A stretch of 64,000 bases of DNA. Origin: Phoronis australis (Eukaryota; Animalia; Phoronida). Made by a program: the position numbers and the translations under genes. Location: NCBI GenBank assembly GCA_002633005.1, contig NMRA01000249.1, positions 258,073 to 322,072 of the forward strand, written 5' to 3'. The notes below the pieces were generated by a model. It was given only the letters and a program-made list of their open reading frames with translations. It did not search any database and was not told the origin of the DNA. This document shows positions 12,408-27,400 of the stretch, piece by piece; positions within the stretch are counted from its first letter, which is position 1; each line of letters opens with the position of its first letter.

Positions 12408-15400
12408 GTAGGTTTGTAGTTGCGCTGTGTAATGTACATGCATATTTGGTTGACATCATTATAAAACGAATGAGCACAAAAGGTGGAAATATGACAAGAT
12501 AAACGGAATGTTGGAAGACGTACATGTATGCCAGTATCAAATAAAAGCTATCTTATTTTATGAAACACCCGTTTCTCCAAGAATATGAATCAAATGCAGG
12601 CTAACGGGCACGATGGACGCATTGTGTGTCAAAAATTTACCCTCAGATTCGATAAAAAATTACGGAGATTCGGCCTCTACAAAAATCGGGGAAGCAGAAC
12701 CTCCAAAGCAAAGGCAATGGAAAACATGAACAGGCTGCAAGAACGGCAAAATATGTAAATAAGAGACAGATGAGATTAAAACAGGAAGTTCACTGTGTCA
12801 ACTATTCAGGCGAGGAAGAAGGTAGACCCGAAGTTAAGTCACATGACTTTTTCGAGAATATGGAAGCACTAAAGGTGGGCTAGGAATAGCAACTAGTTTA
12901 TGGTTTTGTTAGAATTGGATGAACAAAAGATTGGATTGCCAACACTGATGACCACTTTTCTGTAAACCGTACCCAATAGTACTGCAAAGTCAAATTTATG
13001 GATTTTTCGCCCAAGTAATCCCATGGTTCATGGTAAAATATCATATTAATTATATAATACATGTATAATTATATGTGTCCTCGCGACGTTACCTGTGTGG
13101 ATTACATTGTCAGTCGTGACTTATTTTTTAGGATTGCCGTTAAGTTTTGCCGGAGAATGTCCATGTATTGAGAAATTCTTAAATTTTTCTACTTACAAGT
13201 TTGAAAGGATACGAAAACCTGCTTTGATGATTTCAATCAACCATCGTTGTGTCACCTGCTAAGGCATCAATCTTTAAAGATACAAAGAGGAATTATCTAA
13301 AGCGTGTACTCTCTGTGTCATAGGTTGGGTATTACGGTTTTTGGTGGAAGGTTTTTCTCCACCGTTGCCTAGTAACTCATGGTTGGCGTTTTAAAAGAGT
13401 TCGAGTTTCAAATTCCCCCCCAAACTTTTAAGGGTTGTAAAGAGTTAAAGAGCATTTGCTGCAGTTATTGGATGGGAATTTCTTTAACAGGGTGTGTTAT
13501 CCTTTACCATTAAGTCATTAATTGGGTCGCCGGACTATGTATTTTAGTAAGATTACGCAAAAAAGGAAGGTACATGGATAGCTAAACAACAACGTTATAA
13601 ACACCTTCTTAAAGTGTACCCAACATGACTCTAGTACCTCAAAATAAATTTTATTATTATATCTTACTTGATTTCAGTGCCTTTAGTGCACAGCTCATAA
13701 AGAAACACGTAAAAATTGAAAAAATAATAATTATGTACAACGTCATGAGTTGAACCCAAGTCGTTCGGCACACTGTTCAGCTCAGCAACTAAGTGTATAG
13801 AGTGAAGTGAAAGTAAAGTATATTTAGCGTCGAGAAGGTTCGTAGAGTGATGAAAAGATGTGTTTGCGGATGCTGCAGCAACAGCAGTCAGACGGAGAAC
13901 GTCTCGGTGTTCCCGGGACGCCAAAGTTGCGCAGTAGTGGCATCGCTTCGTGCGCCGAACGAGAGTGTGGGACCTCAGCGTGGACCAAGCGATTCTGTCC
14001 GGGGCCACTCTGTGTTCTGCCCACTTTGAGGAGTCGTGTTTCGACTCCAAACAGAGGAGATGTTACGATGAAGGCCTGGTTCAATAAAGGACAATATTTA
14101 CAATTCAGAAACATCGGCTCTTTATTCAGGATCGTCTGTTGGATGACTGGGTTGACTGGCCGAGCCCGAGGCCGCTTCTCTCGCGGGAGGATCCAGTTCG
14201 TAAGGCCTCAAAGTAGAAAAGTACGCAGCTGAAAACATATCAAACTCGTTCTCGATTTCGTGCAACCCCATTTCGTCATCCTGGCCACCATTATCGTACG
14301 TTTCTTCATAGTATTTGTTCGTTTCTTGCTCATAATCGTTGTCGCTTTCAAATTCCCTACTCTCAGCCGTTGTTCAATGCTAGTCGCTAGATCTCTTGTG
14401 TTCAACCCATGATGTCACATGGCGGGAAATGTGAAAATTGGTAAAATTGAAAGAGAAATCAAAATTTCGAGCTAATGACACAAAATAATCATGGATTTGG
14501 TTAAATTTTACGTCATACATTTAGTCTGTGGCCACCGGTAATTCGAAATGTGCAAAAATCCATGGTGTGTTCTGTTTGATATAAATTTTCAAGACAAAAT
14601 CTCAAAAAGCTATATTCATCTTGTTTTCACTTTAAGCAAATGTTATTCTTTTTCGTGAAAATCAGGTGAGACAAATTTCTCATAGCCTCCGATATAAAAG
14701 TGGAAGATGGTAAAAAAACATTTCTTTACCGCGTTTTGGGGAACAGTGCATCTACACACATGTAAAGCCTAGATTTCAAACGTTTTAAATGAATGTGGTC
14801 CGATCAGCCATCTATGAATTATAATTTTTCGATGTTATCAATAGTTGGACATTCATTTTCTCCGTAGACTTGAATAACCCACCAATTCCAGTAACAAGGT
14901 ATCACTGGAATGCACCAAATGTCAAGTAGAAGTGCCTGAACTTGGGCCACTTGTGTGGGAGCCCAACCCTCCGGGATGTACCGTGACTGCAATAAGGCTT
15001 CCTGAGTCAGATGTCTACGGAACATCATTCGTACTCGAACGCATACACGATGAACGTTTAAATAGCAACTTCTAGTAGAACCTATGGAATTAAAAACATT
15101 TTAATACACGGCCTGTCACAGTTTTGGTTGAAACTTTACCAATAGATACCTATCCACCTCAACTGACACCAACTACCATAATACACTCATTGACCCCTCC
15201 GTCTATTTTATAGACCCTTACATTTTTACTTGAAAAATGCAGAAATTTCAGCTTAACGTCGTTGGGTAACACTACTGCAGTAATCCGTGTAGATTACGGA
15301 TTAGTGTTCAATAGTTTTTGGCATGGATAATATTCATTTCCCACTTCAAATTATAATTTTCAAAGAAATAAAGTTACCCTCTTTGTGAGAGCACTTGTTT

Positions 15401-18400
15401 TGTCGTACCACGTAATTTAAGTACCCAAACTCAAGCTAATGGACTCGTAAGGCTATAGCAAGCTGTAACGAAATGAAATCTGAAATTTGTAGACTAAGAA
15501 TAAAAGTTACAACAATCAAGGTCAAAATATGGGTTTTTTGACTTCATGCATAGAAATTTAACTGTGCATGGGCACATTTGGATGTTAAGTGTCGAACGCT
15601 TGTTGTAATTGTTCAGTAATATAAAATACAAACAATGACTGGAAGTTTTTAACTGGCAGTATAGAGACGTTATTTAACAGGAAGTCTAATATTGTCGACA
15701 GTTTCTTTTCTCTCAGACTGATTGGTCTTATCAGGGTTATCATCGGATTCTTAGTGCAGAAGGTAATGTCAGCAGGTGACACGTTCTTTGTGACCATACA
15801 GTATTGTGGAACATCTTGTTCATGGAAATGTGGCTGCTGTGGTGTGAATATTTAAAGCCGACTTGAGCGGTAACACTTGGAAATTTGGATCCTACAATAT
15901 ATTAAGAGCATCGCACTGGGCCCATCAATTCCATAAATTGTGAAATGTAACAAACTGTTAGGCGTATTGGTTTGTTTTTGCCTACGTCACCGCCAGAATT
16001 ACCATTTTTAATGCAAACAGCTTCGAATAACAACCGCAAGCAATGGTGTTCTATTGACCTTTTGACGCAATATGGCGTGAAAAGGCAGCTTCACCTAACA
16101 TTTGCGTTATTAAACTCGCGTTTTCTTATTTTGCTAAAGCTTTGCTAGGAGTACCTGGTTTGCTCAATGCATCTAAAATTCCGTTTCAAATAAGGCTTTA
16201 AAAAGGTATTTTCATGAAACTATTCACACGAGGTGGTACGATCTACCGGAAATGTGACTGAGCCAGTTTTTGAATACGAACCCACGCTGGCTGGAGTGGG
16301 CGTGTTTGGTATATTGCTACGTTGTAGATGCACGGATGCCCATTCCATTGGTGAACTATGGGTATTGACAGACACACGTGTGATCAAATGGGATAAACTT
16401 TATTTGAGGACACTACAAGGCAGTAGGTGTCCGCCCTGAATGCATTTGAAACACAGGCATTTCCATGGGCTTCTATTGAAGAGAGCTTGTTGCGGTCAAC
16501 TTCTAATAAAACTGAGTCTAAGTGGACACTGCACGAGGGCAAACGGAACTCCAAATATGCTCATGACGCAAAAGCGTTCTGGACAACTGACGAAGGTACC
16601 CCTGCAGTCATGGCTGAACAGATGAAGTTGACAAGAAATGGCCAGAGAAGAACGTTTTAAATGAGATGTCTGGCTAAAAGAGAACGAGATCAGCGGCTTC
16701 TTTTCGCGCTGGGCTTAATCCTCTCAGGCTGGCTGCTGAATGGGGACATGCACACGGTGAAAGGAGAAAGCTTAAAATCCAAATTTTTGCTTGTTTTGAA
16801 TATGGGTTAATACTGGAAAGTTCTATCGTTGTCTTGTCCTGTTGGTTGATTGTCGCGATTTAAAATGCACAAACCTTTCTTAATGTTCGCTGTATGTTCA
16901 TACATTTTGATTTGTTCCGTAAATTGTCTCATGAGTATATTCTGCTGTGAAAAGAATGAAAAAATGATATGTAAATTTGGTATTTCGGGGGGCGAATGTC
17001 TGACGGGAAAAATCCTGCCAAATACTCTGTCACCGACCCCGCAAACTCAAAATCTTGGATACGCCCCTGCACTATATCACCAACCTCTGTAGAAAGGATT
17101 ACTGTTCTGTGAAGAATGTCGTACTTGCAAATGTTTGAATACAGGTGCAAGGACCATCACTTGGATGCTCATATTCAAACCGTACTGAGCAGTTAATAGC
17201 TCTCTCTACCTAGCGATAAAGTCAAAATACCGAATCACAATTGAAGGGCCATGGTCGTTATCGGAAATTTTAAGATGGAATTTTCATGGTTAAAATTCGT
17301 GATTCAATTAAAACTCATTTAACAATCCAGATGTTCACCCAACGGTGGATTCCCTGCCCGTTGCGGCGTCGGCAAGTCGTCTGACTCCATCGTGAGTCAC
17401 TAAATGAATCATATGGCTTGCGGTGGACGACATTTCCAGCTCTGGTCAACGTAACCATGGATGCTCGCTAGACCGTTTTATCTCTCGGCAAATACCAGAC
17501 AAGGTACATGTACATGCGCATAACCCAGCTTAAATGCACTGCGAAGTCGCTATAAGCATCTCTCGGCTCAAACTAATTACCCACGCATTCATTGCGTCAT
17601 AAACAAAAATAGTTTTCAGAACAAGTCGCGTACTTGCAAATATATGAGCATGGCAATTGTTTTCCAATTATGTATTTTTATTTTCACATACCTTGTTCTC
17701 AGCACGTGGGAAAAATTGCAAAGCATCACTGATCAACTTCAAGTGTGATAAGAAATCACGTTAAACACGTCTTACCCTGTATATACAAAATAAGAACACT
17801 AGTAACTGTGGTCGGATTTTTTTTCGTTTTGGGACCGCTCTTAACTGAATTGTTACACTTGTAATGAATCTAGCAATACCTTTTAAAGGCATGCGAACAC
17901 CCGGGGGTGAAGGCTCGAATTAGCCTCAATATTTGGCGAAGTGGGCAAAAAGGTTCGCCTCAAAGAAACAAAAAGTCCGAAAAAAGTAGATAACGAGACA
18001 AAAGTCCACTAAAAATGCAGGAACTACTAAAATTCGGTGCATGCACGATTCAGAGCTCTGAACGTACCCCCTTTTTAGTAGGAGGTGCACGTGCTTAAAA
18101 ATACGTGCCCCATTTTAGGCTGGGTGCGCTCGTGAAAGGCTAAGTGGCTGTTGTATGTTTCCGGCGACGGTCACAGACAGAAGGGTATCATAATAGAATC
18201 ATGGTTTGCTAGCAATGGTACATTCAATTGGGCGTATTTTTCACGGAAGTCATTATTGGTATATGTGCTGATATGGGATTATCCATAATGAAAAGCCTTA
18301 AAGACAGCCTCATTTTAAATTCCCAAACAAAAAGGGAAATTAGGCTGCTGGGATTATTTTTCATCGGAAACACGTTAGGTGCGTAGATTATAACCCGGAC

Positions 18401-21400
18401 GAGAAGCCAGATCGCGTGTTGCGTAGCCCGACCTTGGGCCAAAACAACCGTCTCCCAGTGGTATTGCGGGTAAGTCAATCGTCGGTCACGAGAATGCAAG
18501 CACTGTTTTTTTTTACTTTTATACGAAGTTTGGTCTATACTTTAACGAAGTAGAAAACGTCAATTAGGCATAAAACCGGAAGTCCGAAATCGTTGATGTT
18601 TGACAATACAGCATCTTATAAATAATCACAAGATTTGCGTTTGAACGAAATTATGATTCGGGTTGGAAAAATGGAGATGCGTTGTTAACGGCGGGTGACA
18701 TGTGAAACAGCTCTCTCGAGCGCTTTAACATTGCCTGACGCAGACCGTAATCATCAGATAGCCATGATTTGAGTAGAATGCGCAATCTTCCTTGAAGCTT
18801 GCCATGTTGTACTTAAGGTCTGTAATGAACGTTGGCAGCATCACACTCATTCAGTCATTTTAATGTAGAGTGTACCTACCGACATCGCAACACTTGTCGG
18901 GTTCTTTCCACAAGTAAACGTATGCTGCTGGTTACTGTGCTACACCATTATGATTGCGTAACTCATCATTTAAATAAAGGGAAAGATAATCTCTTATTAA
19001 TAAAATTTGAGATGCAACGTCGACACCAATTGCCAAAATTCAATGGGCAAGTATCAGGTCTTGGTGTGCTTCTCTTGTTAATAAACTAGGGAGTGTCAAT
19101 CATCCAATATAGTTTACTACCTCCACTAAAGAAGAGAGTACAAAAATAGACCAATGGCTCGATCAGCAGGTCTATGAAACAATCTTAAATAGTAACGTGG
19201 CTATGTTCCCCAAACTTTGACGGCATTTTTAACCTTGTGACAACATCTATCATTCTTTTCAGTGTGGTATTCTCCTTGCTGTGTTCGTTTTTGAGTAACT
19301 ATTTGGCACTGTTTCATGCAACCACTCCTAGATCTCTTGTTTGTAAACGATAACACTCATAAAAAAGATAAACGTCAGGTGGTTGTTTTGATACTCCCGT
19401 GGGAACGGCTTTTCAAGTTCATTAGAGTGCAAATAAAGTATAGTGTGAAACACAGTGACTAAAACATGCGGTCTAATAAATGCGCTGTCAGTTTCAGTTT
19501 CAAGATATTTTTCGGTAGTTTTACAACAAGGTCCAAGTACTTTAAAAATTGTCAAACATCCCAAATTCCTGGTCAAAACAGCCATTAGTACATCTGCAGC
19601 AGGTTGCAAACCGTGTTCAGACCGAGGATCTGTGAAAGATATGTTTTGGTGGAGTGATATACTGGCCCTTTTCCGGGACGAACGGGTTGTGCACACCCGT
19701 ATACGATCTGTAAACAGTATTGGGTTTACGGAAAAGGAAGCAGTTTGGCCTGTGTGATGAGTTTGTCCTTCGTTTGGCCAAGTCGTGGGTTTGAGTCCCA
19801 GTGAGGCACTCTGCGTTAGGTCTCCAGCTCCACAGCTCAGCTTTAACTAGACTAGTAATGCATAAAATGGTCCCAGGCAGACAGTGCAGTGGGCCAACAT
19901 GAGCGACCTGCACACGACTTGTACAGCGTGTTCGATGCCGCCTGCAATTATTATCTAGCAAAATGAGGAAATGTTGGGGAAGGTAAGGATATTTTGGAGA
20001 CTTTCGCACGTAAAGCTATTTTTAATCTTTTATGGAGAAATTGTACATGTACAGTATCGCCTCAAATCAACCTCAACATTGAATTTAAGACGATCGAGCA
20101 ACACGCCTAAGGTATTTGAAAGGCCCAACATTATGGGGTATCTGGTAGAGACTGGTAGTTGCTTTTTTGAATGCTGTGCAATTAATTTCCTATCCAGTCC
20201 TGCCGTCCCAGTAAAACAGCCTACATTTTAAGCATATATTTTGAACAAAAGTTTCACACGTACATGTAAATATACTGTACACGACAGCCATTAGCACGGA
20301 ACCAGTGTGGTACATGTAGTCTTGAGGTGAAAATGGCGTCTCGGTTTTCGCCGGTTTGCAATCCGCGTAAAATACTGGCATTTTTGCACAACAGCATGGG
20401 CGAAGTTTTAACCAAATCGAATAGTTGATGAACTTCCGGAAGAATTGTTCTGAAAAAAGGAAACGAAGTGATGAATTAAATGCAGTGCTTTCTAACAATG
20501 CAAAATTACAATTAATCCGACAATTTATCATTACAGAGCAGATGTTTTGAACATATTAGCTGTATTTGAATGAATAAGCGTATTCATGACAACGAAGTTT
20601 CTTGGATATTTAAATAACGGTTTAAGGATTGAACTGCTATTACGCAAATTCTACCCAGATAATGGTCGTTTTAAGCAAATAAAACTATCGGCGATTGCAT
20701 TATCCTCTGTTAATCTTGACATCTTATGGTCTTATCAGTAACTGTGCTCATTTAAAATCCCGTTTAAAGCATTTACCTGCCCGTGTACAATCGAGTAATA
20801 AATTAATAAATTTTTATATGCTCGTTTCAGGCTCTTCAAACGAAGAATACAGCTACTTCGGTAAGTGTTTGAGTGGCACAGCCTACTCGATTTATTGCAC
20901 CTGTGCTCGCTGTATACGTAAATTACTGTAAATCCAGGTACATCGTGCGGTTTACTTTGAAAACATTTGGTAGACAACGACTCACTCCTTATTGAGAACG
21001 CACACTGTGAATAGACGCAAGTAATTACTTTTGAAATGGTCGACTCTAGAGCAGAGGTCACATGTTCAAAAATGACGACATGTCTATGAATCCTCAGAAC
21101 TGTAAAAAAACAGCAGAACAACGGTCGACCACCCCACACAATATTTTCAGTTTTGTGGAGTAGAGTAAAGGCTGGTGCTCACAGACACTGAAATCAGTTC
21201 AGTTTTGCAACGTACAACCGCCTTCAGAGCTTGGTGGAGCTCGGTGACTCCTCAACTATAGTTGTAAACGTACAACCAAAACAACCGTTCAGCATAACAA
21301 AGCATCCGTCCTTCGGCGAATCCGATATAATTCGCAGAGCCGAAAAGGAGTGCGATCACGGTCGAAGAAAAAGCAAACCAAAAAACAAAACAAAACAAAC

Positions 21401-24400
21401 AAATGGAGCAAGAGGTTTTATCTTTTGACAACGCTGCAATTTTGACACGCATAATGCTTACTACCATAATGTCACACGCAAGTCGGAGGTGTGGCTGTTG
21501 CACTTGGAGCCCGTGATCCTAGTTCTGACATTCTAGCTGCTGTGACGACTTCTGCGCATGATCCTAAATTGCTCAAGAAACATAGGGAACGGGTACATGT
21601 AATTAATGTCAAACTCTTATCCAATCGTACACTGTATATTCATAACTGTTCGTGTTGGAACTACTGTAAAGATCCTTTGGTATAATTTCTGATACGCATA
21701 ATATGAGATGGTTATCACGCGATGCAAACTTGAAAGTAATTTCTTTCCCAATTGATTTGCAGGCAAACCGTTCCAGAAATACGTTGTCTCAGGTTATAAC
21801 TAACACTAAATGTAAGCTGACTGAATGTATGAATATAATGTACATGTATGTATGAAGTGTGTTATCAATGTAAAGCATCTGGTAAGAACAGACTGTTCCA
21901 TCGACCAGTGATACTCATCTGACTTAACGTCTATGGAAAGTGAATTATTACATGACATGTTTCGTTGCTGTTTACTTCTGAAGTTGTTAATTTTGACCGC
22001 CATTGACTCTGGCCTCTTGCTGCTCAACAGCGTTTTTTACAAGATTTTCAAAAAAAGATTACGAATATCATCGAAGGGTGGCTGCCTTTCTCAAAGTTTT
22101 GGCAAAAACACAAAAAGAAACCAAACAAAAAACAACACTTAGGCATTCATTGTTTTTCAATTTTGTCAATTTAACGATGAGATATTTCATCAACGTTCTT
22201 GAAGAACATAATTTAAATCTTAATGACTGTTTGTCGTTGAATAAAATGTTATCATTATTCCAGCCATCGTCAGCCAACGGTACGACAGACAACAATAAAG
22301 GAGTTGTGGTGAGTAACAATCTTATAAATACTAAACATTTATCATAAAAAAAACTGATTCATACCATCCCCCTGTCCCCACGGACATTACCGATCACCTC
22401 TTTGGCGTGCCGTTTTTATGGACAAGTCGGCCAGTTTTCCTTTGAAATGTTTGCTTACCCCTCACAATGTCTTAAATCAACCGATGTAAGGGCTAACAGC
22501 ACAGTCAAAGTTAATCTTTTCCCTGGGAGCTTATTCCTGCCGCAAGGTCGGGAGTTCTTTCGTTAAAAAGGTCGCAATGTTTGTTGACTGACGTAATGCC
22601 CAAAAACATCTCTAAGTTGACTGCTCGGTCCGATGACTACAGTAGCTGTAAACTTCAGCCCGTATTTTACTCCCTGTCGTTGACGACGTCTCATTTTATA
22701 AATACTTACAGACTCTAGCTTAGAAATCACAATTAGTGGGTTTCCTAAGGTAATTCCATGTAATGGTTTTACTGAAATTATCTGATCGTAGGCGTGGGAC
22801 CTGAATGTGGAAGTTCCCGGTGCATGCCTGTTCTGAAACCATTTGCCAAAACTGATTTCAGAATTAAGGTAGGGGTATAGGCCTAATGAGTGAAATGACT
22901 GGAAGTGTTCAAATTGTGTAGGTGGGTCTTATAATCGTTACCATGCCTGCAGTCACAGAAAGCTGAACTCACTTTAATCTGCGTTTTTCCAAAATTTGTT
23001 CCTAGGTTTTGCAATCTCAAGAAATATTTCCTCCCTGGATTGAGCGCTATTCCTGTGCAGAGGTAGAAACATAAATTGCATTAAAGGCATACTTTTCAAA
23101 ATGTCAAGCACTCCTCAGATGATTAACAAGGGAAGCCCACCCAGCACTGATAGTTGACCTTTTGTTGTCAGCTTTACAACTAAAATGCAACAATACAATT
23201 GTTCTGCCTAACAATGGTAAATTACATAATATCAAGGATAGAGATATGAAGCTGGGTATATGAAGTTCTATAACCAGTGTTGCCTTACCTTGAGGTGAGA
23301 CTTGCACCATGCTATGTTATGGGGTTATGATTGCTCGTGGAATACGCATTGTGGCAATTTCAAGCAAAGCCCTGAAATGTAGAAGCTTTTATAAAGCTGT
23401 CTCAGATCCACCCCTGTTGTCTGTTAAAGTACCGCCTTATTTTCAAACAGTTCTGCGTTATTTTGTGTTTGCTTGCTTTGATCTTAACAACATTTTTGCT
23501 TTAGTTACGTTTTATGTACAGTGTATATTAACACTACGACTTACGTTATTTTACACTGTACATTTTTGACGTCAACAACATAGCCTACGCCTGCAGCTTG
23601 CAGACCTCAAACTCATAGAGCTTGTAGGCCCGCGTGGCGATAATTGTGAACGGTCCCTTTTTGATCCTGGCATCTCTCTAACGCAAAGAAATCACGCTTT
23701 ATCTAGTATGAGGCGTACACGACCTGCGGTTGGAGTCTCATCTGTGCACTCAAAAGTGAAATGGAAATTAGTTTTGACATTTTCCGAAGTTCTTTTTTGT
23801 ATGTACTCAAGATATATATTCTCGATTATTCTGTACTAGCTGAATATTATGGTTTCATTAGACTACTATCAATTCCAATTTTGCACTTGGTGATCTCTAA
23901 ATTCACGCCTCAAATTCGAGTAATAACTCATGATTTCGAGTAAAAGCTCGGAATTTCGAGTTCAAACTTGATCTGATAGCTTTATATGTAGGGTCAACAA
24001 AAAGTGCAAATTGGATTAGGTAATCGTCCTCCTAAACCATGATGTACTCTTGCAAAACATACATGTAAAAGACACGCGTCTTGAGTTCACACAAAATTTA
24101 GACGAAACTTTAAAATTATTTCGGGTTCGATTTCAAGTGCAACCATTATACCCCCGGAGGGCGCGTTGATGGCTGTTTAAGTCTGCTTTATATTCTGTCA
24201 AAACAATTCTGAAATAATGACCGTCGTCCTTGACTAACCCAGAATGAAGCGTTCGAAGGTGATTTGGAAGTTGGTTCAAAGGAAGAGCACGGATTCTTTC
24301 AAGAGGATGAGAATGAAGAACGCGGCAATTGGTCTGGAAAGCTTGATTTCATCATGGCTTGCCTCGGATATGCTGTTGGCTTGGGGAACGTGTGGAGATT

Positions 24401-27400
24401 TCCATACATATGTTACCAAAACGGAGGAGGTAATTTCCCATTTGATCACATTAAGAAAAAGAGATACCGCTGTGTGGTGTTTTTGCATATGGTGCACCAG
24501 TAACTCTATTCTTTGCAAATAAACTGAGGAGCTACCATTTATATGTGTGGTTTCATAGAGCTTGTGATCGAGGTGCGATAGCTTATTTTTCGGAAATAGT
24601 TGTGCAGAACGTGAAACCAGATTTCACTGTTCATGAAAAGGCCCCGATGAAGTATTGTCATTAACTTCTTATCCATAAGACAACGGTTATGAGTTGAAAT
24701 CTATTCGTTACCTAATGCAAATTACAAATTTCTCTTGGGAGCTGTTTACAACCTTCCGGATTTCTTTCCTCGTCCACATGCACGGGCTTTCCGGCAGACG
24801 TGCGTCTTTCAATGGAGTTAACATACATGTAGGCGTACAAAAGCATTGGTCCGAAAGAATGTCAGACTATTAATATGTGACTCTTTAGCGTTGTTTAAGG
24901 AATAATGAACCTTCCGTTGAGTAAATCTTTTGACCACTAGTTCGTCAAAAGAGAGGAGTTTCGTAGCAGTGACCGGACAAATATTTCGACCGGTATTTTT
25001 TATGCAGTTTTCCGCGACTGCACACTCTGGGGAGCCCACGAGCTAACACCCGCAGTTCATGGCAAATAAGCATTTCCCCTTGGGCGAAGTTCTTTAATAT
25101 TTGCCCTCGAGCTGACTCATATCCCGGTCACCAACAAAGTTTCGCCTTCCCCTGGCTAAACCAGTGCTTTGGAATTTGGTAGCTGTCATTAATCCACGTA
25201 AATATAAATTTGGATAAAATTGAGGCCTAGACTTCCCTACGTCACGAATTAATGGGTCTGTGGTCATTAGTGTTTCACCATTGCACCTTTGATTGCGCCA
25301 CATACTTATTGCTTGGAGGTAAATCTGACAATTGCATGTTGCGTAGATATTCAGAAAAGGGGGATGGTTGCCATGGACAATGATTCATTTACCTTTGTGC
25401 TGGCATCCTTCATTTATCTATGTAACAACTCCCCTCCCACATTACCCCCTCTCCCTCTTACACTATTTCTCTTATTTCAGGTGCATTTTTCATCCCTTAC
25501 GTCATCATGATGCTGTTCGTGGGACTTCCGGTATTCTTCCTCGAGTTGTCTCTAGGTCAATTCTCAAGCAGTGGACCTTTGACGTGTTACAGGTTTTCGC
25601 CAATATTCTCGGGTAAATTTCGCAGGATAGGGTGAAAAATAGTAACTAGGTCAAGCAAGCAATGAAACGTAACTTTATATGTTGATCTGTCAACACTTGC
25701 ACCGTACATTTGTCGGCAAATAGTTGTGTTTATTGGCCCAGTTGAAGAAGACTGGAACGCAAAAACTTCGTAAAAGTACCCTTTAAACAGGTGCAGGTGA
25801 AACTATTTCTTGAAGATGATAACATGAGCGTTATTCATCTGAAATATTGCTTGTATTTCTAAACGAAATTCGTAAGATTCAATATTTTTGCAACACATAC
25901 GAAAGACAAACTCTGTCATCCCAAGCACGTTTCCAAATTCTCCTCCGCAACGATAACATGTGTGTAATTGCGCTGATGTTCAAGAATTACCAAAATATAT
26001 AATCGCCCCTGTATTGCTCACATTGATGATCAAAGGTTACATTTGTCATTTACGGTAAAATGACTTTGTGCTATTAGTCAGGTTCACTATGTTCAAATTT
26101 TGACATTCGTTGGAAATTTTTGGCGAAAGTGGCAACTATACCTTTTTGGAAACATCATCGAATGACGAAACAGGAAAAATGATTCCATTTTGGCAGACAT
26201 CTTGGTGCCTTTTTGGATTTTCAAAAATAGCGCCAGAAAAAAAACTTGCTCAATGTCTCTGCACTTGGGTCACTTAGAATGTTACTTTTTATGGTGCACC
26301 AGCATTTCATGGGGCAAGGTATTGAAATTTTAGTGACGGCCATCTTGGATTTTCAAAAATGGCGCTCCTAAAATAGATTTTGGTTATTATCTCTGTTCTT
26401 GGGTCTTGAGTGTTAGTTTCAATGGATACACCCACATTTTGTGGCGAAATGAGTCGAAAAACATTTATTGATAAAATGCTACATATAACCCAAAACATCT
26501 TAGAATCAGCTACGAATCTTCTGCCTGAGAGAAAACCTGATCCATTCAGCTTTAGCCAATGACGAAAAAATCCTAGACGATATAAGGAGAGTCTTCAGAG
26601 CAGCAGAGAGTATACGCCAGTGTGTTACTAACTTGAGAAGCCAACAGGTGTCACCTGTGTATCGTTAAACATCGGTGATGTATCGTGTGAGCTATTTAGT
26701 AGAATTCAATGGATTACTGTTGGCCCTAAAGATGAGCTTCACTCAGAACCAATGCCATCTGCAGATTGGCAGTAAGGGCCAGTCGAAAAATCCTCTTCGG
26801 TTTTAAATCAAGTCAGCAAGTAATATACAAACCAAGCACAGATTCAGCAACATTAGGCAACACCATGCAATAGAAAACTCCCAAGTCCTTGAACCCGGCT
26901 GTAACTGCCATCATGACACCAGAAACGAGAAGCTAATAAAACTACTCAATGCGCAGAGATACTTTGTCTCACATGACTGCACCCTGCGCTAAGAAACTGC
27001 TCTAGGTAATGATGTGGTTGAAAGTTCCAGGTACATGTTGTTGGAAGGGCTTTATTTACCCCAATTCCTGAATAAGGATGCCCTTGTCGTCTTTGCTGTT
27101 GACAACACAGATTTTGCAGAAGATACTGCCGATGGAAAAGGCACAACTCATGGGACGGCTGTATCAGTGTATCAGAAGTCTGATGTTCCCAGCGGCCTCA
27201 TCACTCCACCTTCAACCATGAGGGAAGCAGAGATCCTCAGTTTCACCCCATGTCACGTACGTATGGTCCACTGTGAGAAGCCTACACCACAAGCACGCAA
27301 AAAGAACACATGGGTTGCAGTCAACAAAGAGGAAATCTCTAGTGCATGTCAGGTGACAAACTTGGTTGACTGATAACTCTGGCAGTAACCAGGCTGAGGA

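Larger units (their letters stand above)
13613..14631. mobile_element. Internally deleted Kolobok-like DNA transposon (TTAA-flanked) with THAP and KolX-like remnants
   Basis: TTAA at 13609-13612 and 14632-14635. Imperfect TIRs are AGTGTACCCAACATG versus reverse-complement AGTGAAAACAAGATG. Convergent coding remnants lie inside. Confidence 0.65.

Noticed and set aside
19741-19810. B-box-like GGTTTGAGTCC as a tRNA gene
   Set aside because: No cloverleaf and no clear A box; at most a very old SINE remnant.
21190-21600. Possible alternative SLC6 first exon (TCAGT initiator-like site, ATG at about 21403)
   Set aside because: The ATG frame stops (…CTWSP*) before a convincing donor, and the open frame reaching the GTACAT site has no ATG.
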